From the sequence record NC_070950.1: a stretch of DNA of 64,000 bases; one strand, written 5' to 3'. The stretch's first letter is position 1; the number at the start of each line of letters is the position of its first letter. Positions 11,005 through 19,219 of this stretch are shown piece after piece. Position numbers and translations under genes: made by a program. Below the pieces are notes generated by a model that saw nothing but the letters and a program-made list of their open reading frames with translations, was not told the DNA's origin and ran no database searches.

Positions 11005-11868
11005 GTGAGTCAGTTTTCTTTCGGCAACATTATTCTTGCCAGCAACGGTAAGAAAGGACTACTAAAGCCGATCGATGATTCTGGTTACTATCTGCTTAAC
11101 GCGGGGGGATTTAACGTCCCTAACCGTAACGGGATTAAATATACTGCCAATCAGTATATTCAAGAGTGTATGTCCGAGGACTCCGATCTCATGCGTCGTA
11201 TTAAACGCGGTGAGGTTTATGGGGAATGCGGACATCCTCCTATGTTCTTTTACGAACGCGTCAACGGTGTGATAGTAAGAACCAAGATCACCGATCTGTA
11301 TCAATGGATCATGCGTCTTAAAACTATCGACATGGACAGGGCGGCTTTCCACATTCGCAATATCCATTTTGATACTGATGCATGGACCCCTAACAACAAC
11401 GGCCCGATCTATAACAGTATCGAAGTTAAACCTTACCTTTCAACGGTGTTTGGTAAGATGTTTGAAGAGAATCTGTTAACACCTGATATGAACACTTCTG
11501 TGTCTATCAGGACGGTCACCGCTCCTCAGCAATTCGGTCATAAGACTCGTGAGGTCGAATACTTCACTGGTTACGATTGGGTTTATGAAGCGGGCATGGA
11601 TTGGGCTAACAAACACATGACTGCCGGATGCGAAGCCTTCCTGCAAGAAATGGTGTTTGACGAAAAACAATCCATGACGTTGGATACCGATACCGCCATT
11701 CAGCTGATCGAAGCAGGACTGGAGAAGGTTGACGATATTCGTAGCGTTGAAGGGGTAGAAGCCTTTGAATCCATCAAAGGACTGCTCGGGTCTCTTAAAC
11801 GTCACAACGAAGACCGTAAACAGAAACACACCATTTCCTACGCTTCTAACTGCCTGGATTTATTCTGA
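11005..11868 (+). CDS. Prohead (head maturation) protease, phiKZ gp175-like
   Basis: GECGHP (His), SVSIR (Ser) and YDWV motifs of the S80-like jumbo phage protease; GTG start after AAGGG. Confidence 0.85.
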   Translation: MSQFSFGNIILASNGKKGLLKPIDDSGYYLLNAGGFNVPNRNGIKYTANQYIQECMSEDSDLMRRIKRGEVYGECGHPPMFFYERVNGVIVRTKITDLYQWIMRLKTIDMDRAAFHIRNIHFDTDAWTPNNNGPIYNSIEVKPYLSTVFGKMFEENLLTPDMNTSVSIRTVTAPQQFGHKTREVEYFTGYDWVYEAGMDWANKHMTAGCEAFLQEMVFDEKQSMTLDTDTAIQLIEAGLEKVDDIRSVEGVEAFESIKGLLGSLKRHNEDRKQKHTISYASNCLDLF

Positions 11869-11870
11869 TA

Positions 11871-11905
11871 ATAACTGGAGGGGGAAACCCCTCCAGTTAT
11901 TTTTT
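11871..11905 (+). terminator. Intrinsic terminator
   Basis: ATAACTGGAGGGG-GAAA-CCCCTCCAGTTAT followed by a T run. Confidence 0.85.
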
Positions 11906-11954
11906 ACTCACATCCTATTTTTATGTCGACATAACACAATAAGCGAGTTTAACC

Positions 11955-12605
11955 ATGTTTAAGAAAGATCTCTCACTCACTCAACTCAATGATCTGGCGG
12001 CGATCAATTTTCTGGTAACTGTTCCTCTGGAAGTTAAATTGATCAGCAATCTTTACGGCGAGATGGAACGTATTTGGGGTCAGATGCGCGATCAATATGG
12101 TGAGCATCTCATCGAACGTAATCTCGGTGGCGGTGTCAAATCCGACGGCGTAAGAGATTATGCCGAGAAACTCACCGTTCTCGTTTTTAACTCCATCGGG
12201 TCGTTCCAGCGCGGCTTGTCGAAGAAAACCATCAGTGATAAGAATGATGAGGCGACAACGCTCATTCGTCGCGTACCGGCGTACACCGATCTGACAAACG
12301 AAAAACTTTTCAAGATCTTCATGATCAACCTCTTCGGTTACGACGAAGATCTTATCGCAATCTCTTTTGCGACTAACGATAAAGATCGTAGCAAACTGCT
12401 CTTCCGCTACATCCTCAATCGTTTTGACATCGTTCGTAACAATCCTGAGTCCGAAGAACTTATGGAAGGTTTCTATCCTGATAACTTCTTCGAGATCGTT
12501 GCCGAAAGACCAAGCGACGTTTATCAGGAATGTTTCGCGTACATCGTAGAACAGGGTTATCCGGTCATGAAAGCGCTGCAGTACTACGCGTCCTCATTAC
12601 GCTAA
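11955..12605 (+). CDS. Hypothetical protein
   Basis: 216-aa ORF, coding-like composition. Confidence 0.7.
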   Translation: MFKKDLSLTQLNDLAAINFLVTVPLEVKLISNLYGEMERIWGQMRDQYGEHLIERNLGGGVKSDGVRDYAEKLTVLVFNSIGSFQRGLSKKTISDKNDEATTLIRRVPAYTDLTNEKLFKIFMINLFGYDEDLIAISFATNDKDRSKLLFRYILNRFDIVRNNPESEELMEGFYPDNFFEIVAERPSDVYQECFAYIVEQGYPVMKALQYYASSLR

Positions 12606-12608
12606 AAG

Positions 12609-12626
12609 TTTTAAGACCTATATAAC
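12609..12626 (+). promoter_or_regulatory. Putative phage promoter (TTTAAG-x-CCTATATYAY family)
   Basis: TTTTAAGACCTATATAAC right after a stop codon; resembles the phiKZ early TATATTAC motif; related copies at 14330, 27016, 45833, 52480, 57910 and 63243. Confidence 0.5.
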
Positions 12627-12681
12627 TAAGGTGAGGCAAACACAGACAAGACAGTCTGGGTGATGTTGTAACATCATCTTT

Positions 12682-13182
12682 TTGTTTCCTCATCTTTCTT
12701 ATTTTTTTAACATCCAATTTATTATCGAGGACCGAAGAGTGAGCAAACTTAACAAAACTTATGCTGAATCCCAAACTGCCGCTATTGCCAATCTGACCGA
12801 ACACGCGAGCTACGACAAAGCAACGGCGCACACTACCTTTTCAGCAGAAAAGTTTTCTTTGCCTGAAGGGGTAACCCCTGAAAGTATTAAGACGCACAAA
12901 GATCTCTTCATTGACATCACCGGTGCAATCGAAGAAGCTACCGCGCAACAAACGCTGGCTGCTCATAAAGCCGATGAAAAAATTCTCACCACCACAGGTT
13001 CTCTGGAACTGGGCGGGGTCGTCTTTACCTCTCAGCACCACCTGAAACAAAAAGTAGGCGAACACGATCTGTTCGGCGGGAGCGTGACCAGCGTCGATTA
13101 TATCTATTCTCCTGAAGCGACCGAATGGGCGGCAAGCATGCGCGCCAATAACGCGAGTATCGCCGAAGATCTTTTTAAATAA
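12682..13182 (+). CDS. Hypothetical protein (likely GTG start at 12739)
   Basis: Open frame with high-expression codons, followed by a terminator. Confidence 0.7.
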   Translation: MFPHLSYFFNIQFIIEDRRVSKLNKTYAESQTAAIANLTEHASYDKATAHTTFSAEKFSLPEGVTPESIKTHKDLFIDITGAIEEATAQQTLAAHKADEKILTTTGSLELGGVVFTSQHHLKQKVGEHDLFGGSVTSVDYIYSPEATEWAASMRANNASIAEDLFK

Positions 13183-13189
13183 GGCATTC

Positions 13190-13240
13190 TTACTCCTGCC
13201 CTTAGGGCAGGAGTAAATAAGGCGTTTTATTTTTTTAGGG
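13190..13240 (+). terminator. Intrinsic terminator
   Basis: TTACTCCTGCCC-TTA-GGGCAGGAGTAA then a T-rich tail. Confidence 0.75.
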
Positions 13241-13252
13241 GAAGAAAGTAGA

Positions 13253-13531
13253 ATGGCTTCTAAGTCAACCACAAGAATCTACGAACTTGCTGATGGTGGG
13301 ATTCGGATTGGGTTTGTGAGAAATGAAGGATCGATCAAGGTTAAGGTAGAGCAGTTTGACCGAGAGCGCAAACTCATGAATCTGTATGGCGCAACCATCC
13401 ATATTTTAGAAAAAGCGGGCGCCATCACTGAACTAAGAAAAGTATTAGGTAAACAATTTCCGCGTTGGGGATTCGACATGAATCCCGAAGCAAAGGAAGA
13501 CATCGTGCTTACTTTTATCAAATTGTTCTAG
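13253..13531 (+). CDS. Hypothetical protein
   Basis: 92-aa ORF; followed by hairpin GTAGGGGTGC-TTTAG-GCACTCCTAC (13541-13565). Confidence 0.65.
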   Translation: MASKSTTRIYELADGGIRIGFVRNEGSIKVKVEQFDRERKLMNLYGATIHILEKAGAITELRKVLGKQFPRWGFDMNPEAKEDIVLTFIKLF

Positions 13532-13632
13532 TATTTTATGGTAGGGGTGCTTTAGGCACTCCTACTGGACTCATCGTGCATTTTAATTCAACACACAAAA
13601 AGAATGAGACCTGTACTATTTAAGTAAGAACA

Positions 13633-14334
13633 ATGATAGGAGTTGCTTTCATGGATTCAATAAGCTGGTACGGAAAATTTAAAGCAGTAACCGAGGATTT
13701 GATTCCGGTTGATCTTTTACGGTACTGCTTATGGTCGATCACCTTTAATGACAAAGCGCATGATTTGAATCACGTTTATCATGTTTGTAAACAAGGGAAC
13801 GATCTTGCATTATTACAAGATTACGATGACCACTGGCGAAGCCTAGTATTGGCGGGTTGTCTGCTTCACGACATTGGGTGTCGTTACGATCGTAAAACCC
13901 ATCATCTCATAGCGTATGGGTTGGTCTTCGACTTAACCCATCGTTATTGCACTGGACACTATTCGCCGGAAGAGACATTGATCATTGCGAAAAGTTGTCT
14001 GGAGCACAGAGCAAGCTGGGAAGGTGATTTCAGTCATCCTATTTCAGAAACGGTTGCTCTGGCCGACAGAGGTATTCCTGATTTCGAGTTATACTGCAAA
14101 CGAGCCGTTCAGTTCAGGTTAGATCAAAACCTGACTGAAGATGTTTTGGTAGAAGAAGTTCGCGTTCACATGTTAGACAAGTTCCTACCTAAGACGGGAT
14201 ACGTTTGGAAAAACTATCCTGAATTAGGATTGTCTTTATATGAACAAGAATGGAAAGTGTTCCACGATAAACTTAAAGACGAAGTTGTCTTTAGAGAGGC
14301 TGTACTAGAAGCGTACCGTAAATTAAAATCTTAA
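13633..14334 (+). CDS. HD-domain metal-dependent phosphohydrolase
   Basis: H...H (HDLNHV), LLHDIG, EHRAS and LADRG motifs. Confidence 0.8.
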   Translation: MIGVAFMDSISWYGKFKAVTEDLIPVDLLRYCLWSITFNDKAHDLNHVYHVCKQGNDLALLQDYDDHWRSLVLAGCLLHDIGCRYDRKTHHLIAYGLVFDLTHRYCTGHYSPEETLIIAKSCLEHRASWEGDFSHPISETVALADRGIPDFELYCKRAVQFRLDQNLTEDVLVEEVRVHMLDKFLPKTGYVWKNYPELGLSLYEQEWKVFHDKLKDEVVFREAVLEAYRKLKS

Positions 14335-14391
14335 TCTATATTGTTAACGTCCTCATAAGGGGCGTTAACAATAACCTACGAGGAAATCATC

Positions 14392-14886
14392 ATGATTATT
14401 TTACTTGCTGTTTTTGCTATTATCCTTTGTATTGGTTTTTGTTATAAAAAGATCAATATCAAAAACGACATCGGAATCAAGGTTAACAACGCCACAAAGA
14501 TGGTTATCGACATCAACCTTGGTAAAATTAAAGGGGAGTTCAAGATCGTTAAACACAGTCGGTGTTTCAAACCCAGGGTCTCTCCTGGATTAAACGGATT
14601 GGTTTACACCGTTCCTGTGTTTTGTACGTTATCTGAATTCATCACCGGCTTATATTCTGAAGAAATAAGACCTTACGACAAACAAAAAGATAAACACCTC
14701 TTAGACGTCGTCAGAGCCATCGTAGGGGTCGAATTAAAGGACGATGGTATGATTGCCTTATTCGACGACACGACCCTTTGTGAGACCGTAGAGAGAGCCA
14801 GAGAGTCATTTGTGATGAATAAGGATTATTTCTTCTCCGAGAAGGGGTGGAACCGAGGCAATGTTATTGCACCTATCAACCTTTAA
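14392..14886 (+). CDS. Hypothetical protein with N-terminal membrane anchor
   Basis: MIILLAVFAIILCIGFCYKK start; SD GAGG. Confidence 0.7.
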   Translation: MIILLAVFAIILCIGFCYKKINIKNDIGIKVNNATKMVIDINLGKIKGEFKIVKHSRCFKPRVSPGLNGLVYTVPVFCTLSEFITGLYSEEIRPYDKQKDKHLLDVVRAIVGVELKDDGMIALFDDTTLCETVERARESFVMNKDYFFSEKGWNRGNVIAPINL

Positions 14887-14900
14887 TTAAGGATTTTAAA

Positions 14901-15041
14901 ATGTCTGACATGTTTGACGTGGATCAACTCAACAACCTGAACCTGGAAGCGGTTGAAGAGAAAGTCGAATCTCTTCGTGATGGTGGCGGTGAAGTTGTCG
15001 AGGCTTCCGATGAATGTGAAGGCGGCGCCTGCAAAATTTAA
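14901..15041 (+). CDS. 46-aa acidic peptide ending DECEGGACKI (NrdA C-terminal-tail-like)
   Basis: ATG 14901 after AAGGA; the C-terminus resembles the E. coli NrdA tail DGCESGACKI. Confidence 0.75.
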   Translation: MSDMFDVDQLNNLNLEAVEEKVESLRDGGGEVVEASDECEGGACKI

Positions 15042-15050
15042 AACGCATAA

Positions 15051-15104
15051 TAACTCCTACTCCCCATACGGGGAGTAGGAGTTAGCAGTACTTATTTTTT
15101 TTTT
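15051..15104. terminator. Bidirectional terminator between convergent genes
   Basis: TAACTCCTACTCCCC-ATAC-GGGGAGTAGGAGTTA plus a T run. Confidence 0.85.
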
Positions 15105-15105
15105 C

Positions 15106-16002
15106 TTACAGCATGTATTCAGGAGCGGTAACTTTAGCCGCTTCACGAGTCATCGCAGCAAGAGTACCAGAATCAGTAAGACTCTGGAGAATCGCCGTAG
15201 GCTGCAGGAATCCGGATTCGGCACCGCGACCAGCTGGGTTATACATCGGGAGTTTGCTCAGGAAAGAACGAGCAATCTCTTTAGCGGCCTGGGTATCGAA
15301 ATCGATCAGACCGGTGTATTCCATGTTGATGTCACGCATCTGACCAGCTTCGTCTTTGTTACGACGCATCTGGATTTCAACGGTGTTACGCGGCATGATA
15401 CCTACTGCAAGAGCAGCATGGGCAACATCACGCATATTACGCGTCGGTTCCAGATAAATGTTCGCACAAGAGATTTGGTCGATCAGGAGATCGCCTGGAT
15501 CATCGAGGATAACTGCACGAGGATGGCCCAGATCCGGATCGTTCAAACCATACAGAGACCAGGAACGATGGAGGTTAGTATAAACCTCACCTTCGATATC
15601 CACGCCAGCATGGTTGATAACACCGAGGGTACGAGTACCGCCCGACGGTACGGAGAATACACGGCCAGAGAAACGCTGTTCTGCGAATTCGGTCTCGATA
15701 CGTTCAGAGAGACCGGTGATTTCACGACTACGCGTTTCAAACCAGGATTTCGCCAGTGAGTGGAGGATGTTACCTGCCGGCATACGGCTAAACAACGCAG
15801 GGGTGCTGATACAGAAGCACCAGGTCTGCTGTTGAATATGCGGATGCTCGGAGACCATGTTGGCGATATTGGGAGCCCAGCCATACTGGCCCCCTTGAGG
15901 GCCATTCAGAACAGGACGGTCGCCCACGCCGAACGCAGAGTACCATTCAGAACTCCCAGGTACCAGCGTGCTTGTGTTCCTAAACGGAGTGTTGCTTGAC
16001 AT
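15106..16002 (-). CDS. Tail tube protein (phiKZ gp30-like)
   Basis: 298 aa directly downstream of the sheath gene; strong codon bias. Confidence 0.75.
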   Translation of the reverse strand: MSSNTPFRNTSTLVPGSSEWYSAFGVGDRPVLNGPQGGQYGWAPNIANMVSEHPHIQQQTWCFCISTPALFSRMPAGNILHSLAKSWFETRSREITGLSERIETEFAEQRFSGRVFSVPSGGTRTLGVINHAGVDIEGEVYTNLHRSWSLYGLNDPDLGHPRAVILDDPGDLLIDQISCANIYLEPTRNMRDVAHAALAVGIMPRNTVEIQMRRNKDEAGQMRDINMEYTGLIDFDTQAAKEIARSFLSKLPMYNPAGRGAESGFLQPTAILQSLTDSGTLAAMTREAAKVTAPEYML

Positions 16003-16017
16003 TTAGAGTCACCTTAC

Positions 16018-18177
16018 TTAGGAGTTAGTGGTATCGAGATCTTCTTCGTTATACGCAGCAAGACTCATGTTCATCATGTACTTACCTTTACGGAACCAGA
16101 CGTTACCAACGCTGTTCAGAACAGCTCGGCTACCAGCACCGGTTTCGTTGTAAGTGCAATCAACCCGGAGGTCTTTGAACATGGTACCCATACGACGACG
16201 GATAGCTGCTTCAGAAGTATCTTTGACGGTTGATGCATAGGTCGCAGCATCAATAGTCGTATCACCGGATACCAGCGTCCACGCGTCAGCGATAACCTTC
16301 TCAATACAAACCGCAGTGAAGTTAGTGATCAGGTCCTTCAACACGGCGTCGTTATCGTCATACACGGTTGGAAGCGCAGGACGGTAATACTGAGATGTGT
16401 TGTAAGGACGAAGACTGATACCACCTTCATCGAAGTTATTCGCAGCGGCGTCATCACCTTCGAAGTCCATGGTCGGAGAATGCATCTGGGTCAGAATGCG
16501 GTTATCGCCATGATCCGGAGAATTCACCGAGCTCAGGTTACCGGAGCTATTACCGCCAAGACGAGCGAAGAAGTAAGCCAGGTCCAGCGTTTGCGGGAAT
16601 TCAAGGCCGGTGCTTTCGTCGATGATCTTAGCATCCCACAGGGAGATAGCTGCACGGGACGCCGGAGTGCCGTAAAGCGAAGATTCCGGATACAGACGAA
16701 TCTTAGTCGCCAGAGACTGCATCATGGAATAACGCTGGGCGATGGTATTGTCTTCCAGCCATTCGGAAGCCTGCAGGATCAGAATCTGATCTTTACGGGT
16801 GTTCCAGAGCTCGATCAGCGCGTTCTTAATATCCAGGTTATAACCCACATCCCAGATAACAGATTGGCGGTTGCGCGTCCAATCGTTAACAGTGGACGAT
16901 TGGGCATAAGCCTGAATATCAGCCAGATACAGAGACTGGGCTACAGTCCAAGCGTCTTTGATACTCAGCTGGTCAATATGACCGTTGTTGGTCGCCGGGT
17001 CGAAGTTGTAAGTCCCTTCAACCGGAACCGGTGTAGTCCGATCCTCTTTCAGGAACGGAGAGATACCGCCAGCAGCGTCGATATAACCGGAGTTAGCGAA
17101 CGGGTTAGCGTCATCCACCAACATACACGCATAATACGGAACGTTGGTATGGTTGGTCAGAGTGAACGGGTTCATCTGACGAATTGGGTTGACACCCGTT
17201 ACGTTAACAAGCGCCGATTTACCGGCAGCCAGTTCTGCTGCATACAACGCCGCACAAACTTCCTGGATGTTCTGATCGTAGACCTTGACTTCGTAGAACG
17301 GAGCAGGGCGCAGAGTCACCTGACGGTTGACGTTAGCGTTGGTGAAGTCACCTACTGCGGTCGCCAGGCTGTAACGAACATCGTACTTGTCTTTGGTGTT
17401 GAACAGCGTGTACGTTGCCGATTCACCGCCATTAACGTTGGAGAAGAAAGTCGGGACGCCCGTAGAAGATTTTACGTACATTCTCATTGAGAACGGGAAC
17501 ACGCCGTATTCTTCAACGAAATCTGACACTGAATCCCAATCCGTGGAAGCATTGAGGCCCATGGTCAAACCGTGCAGGTTATATGCGTCACCAACACCAG
17601 CCGGGAGTTCGAAGAACGGATACTGAGTAAACGTAACTTCTTCCCCATTCACCGTTTCGGTGAACGTCGATTTTACGAGCTTGCCGTATTCTGGCGTGGT
17701 CGGCGAGGTAACGTCGAGCTTAACCAGTTTAACGTAAACGCCCGGCACCGCGGTACCACCGGTAACAGGGATCAGTTCACCATCGTCGTCGAAAAGATAG
17801 CTGCCGTCAGTCGCACGCTGATACTGAGGAATAGATGTACCGTTCCCGATAGCGATAGCGTAAGCAACACGAGCTACTACGGTGTTGGCAGAAACACGGC
17901 GTACGCCAAAACCACCCTGACCGCCGGAGGTGATCATCGAGATCAGCTGAGATACCGGGGAGTAGTAAGGGGTATCAACATCCAGGATATCGCCGTAAAG
18001 ATTGGTAAAGTCATTCGAGTTTATGAAACTCTGCCCGAGTTCACCCTTGGGGGTGACCACGGAAATAACCGGATAATGACAAGGATACGTAGGCAGAGAC
18101 GTTACCGGGTTTAAGCGGCTCTTATCGTCCATACCGTTATTGATGACTTGTCCCGGAATGATTTTTGTAAAGCTCAT
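16018..18177 (-). CDS. Contractile tail sheath protein (phiKZ gp29-like)
   Basis: 719 aa; IIPGQVINNGMDDKS N-terminus, WDVGY and YYRPALPTVY sheath-type segments; position relative to terminase. Confidence 0.8.
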   Translation of the reverse strand: MSFTKIIPGQVINNGMDDKSRLNPVTSLPTYPCHYPVISVVTPKGELGQSFINSNDFTNLYGDILDVDTPYYSPVSQLISMITSGGQGGFGVRRVSANTVVARVAYAIAIGNGTSIPQYQRATDGSYLFDDDGELIPVTGGTAVPGVYVKLVKLDVTSPTTPEYGKLVKSTFTETVNGEEVTFTQYPFFELPAGVGDAYNLHGLTMGLNASTDWDSVSDFVEEYGVFPFSMRMYVKSSTGVPTFFSNVNGGESATYTLFNTKDKYDVRYSLATAVGDFTNANVNRQVTLRPAPFYEVKVYDQNIQEVCAALYAAELAAGKSALVNVTGVNPIRQMNPFTLTNHTNVPYYACMLVDDANPFANSGYIDAAGGISPFLKEDRTTPVPVEGTYNFDPATNNGHIDQLSIKDAWTVAQSLYLADIQAYAQSSTVNDWTRNRQSVIWDVGYNLDIKNALIELWNTRKDQILILQASEWLEDNTIAQRYSMMQSLATKIRLYPESSLYGTPASRAAISLWDAKIIDESTGLEFPQTLDLAYFFARLGGNSSGNLSSVNSPDHGDNRILTQMHSPTMDFEGDDAAANNFDEGGISLRPYNTSQYYRPALPTVYDDNDAVLKDLITNFTAVCIEKVIADAWTLVSGDTTIDAATYASTVKDTSEAAIRRRMGTMFKDLRVDCTYNETGAGSRAVLNSVGNVWFRKGKYMMNMSLAAYNEEDLDTTNS

Positions 18178-18213
18178 GCTCTAAGCCTCATATTCGGAAA
18201 ACGTTTTATTAAG

Positions 18214-18237
18214 ATATTTTTTTGATCAAAAAAATAT
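18214..18237. repeat. Perfect 24-bp palindrome in a divergent intergenic region
   Basis: ATATTTTTTT-GATC-AAAAAAATAT. Confidence 0.9.
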
Positions 18238-18335
18238 AGATGGCCGGCAATCGTATGTCTAGAGTCACCATAAGTTACTCTCGTTTAATTTAACCGAACC
18301 CGGCACATAACATTCAACATAAGGAGCGGGGAGTC

Positions 18336-19214
18336 ATGCTTCTCAACGCATACGAAACCACAGTTGGCAAACCCTTTGCGATCATGGATAAAGTCCAGGG
18401 CGTCCTAAAATCGTTAGCGACGATGGATGACTTAGACCATTCCAGTAAAGAAGGGGTTTATTTCATTACTTATGAAAACGGCAGCCAACTTCCTCTTTTT
18501 ATTTTCCCTTTAAGTTTATTGGATCATCAGCGTCGTAAAATCACCGTTGTTGACAAGCGCCCCTTCTCCAATAAAAAAGACATCATCATTAGTCCTGTGG
18601 AATTTATCGGGCAATTCACCGCAGCGTGCATTCAGCAAGATGTGTTTGAAGGAAACTTAAACACCATCAAAAATTCTCGTTATCTGACGACTCGCGGATA
18701 CGCCAAATCTCTCAGCAATCGCATTGGCCGTCAGAGCGGGCTAGATCCAAGAGAAATGATTGAACTCGCCATCATTCTCGGTCACTTCTTTGTGTGTCTC
18801 ACAGAGAAGCAAAACGACGATTACCAGTTCGTTAGCGCCAACGTACTGAAAAATGCGTTGCAATTAGATCAGAGTATGACTCAGCCTATTATTGAAGAGA
18901 TGGGGTTCATTTCAACCATCCCTGAGCTGACCAAATATATCGCTGATCGTCCTGGCTTTTTCAAACTGAAGAATTTCACTCAAAAAGATTTTATCGGGTT
19001 GGGCAGCAACATCATCTTCAGTAACCTCGGCAAACAGGTTGTCGGAGCAGCATTGGAACACCCTCCATTATTTACCGGATTGTGTTTTATGGCGCTGAAG
19101 AACAGAATGTACCTTCAGACTGTTTTGGGTCAGCAAATCGATCCTAAGTACAACGAAAGATTAACCGATAGCTTTGTTAAAATGATCAACGGGAATTATC
19201 CCGTCCAACTTTAA
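18336..19214 (+). CDS. Virion structural protein (phiKZ gp28-like)
   Basis: 292 aa, SD GGAG; synteny between sheath and terminase. Confidence 0.55.
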   Translation: MLLNAYETTVGKPFAIMDKVQGVLKSLATMDDLDHSSKEGVYFITYENGSQLPLFIFPLSLLDHQRRKITVVDKRPFSNKKDIIISPVEFIGQFTAACIQQDVFEGNLNTIKNSRYLTTRGYAKSLSNRIGRQSGLDPREMIELAIILGHFFVCLTEKQNDDYQFVSANVLKNALQLDQSMTQPIIEEMGFISTIPELTKYIADRPGFFKLKNFTQKDFIGLGSNIIFSNLGKQVVGAALEHPPLFTGLCFMALKNRMYLQTVLGQQIDPKYNERLTDSFVKMINGNYPVQL

Positions 19215-19219
19215 AAGGA

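Noticed and set aside
16480-17490. 336-aa plus-strand ORF (and neighbours) opposite the sheath gene
   Set aside because: Same shadow-ORF effect.
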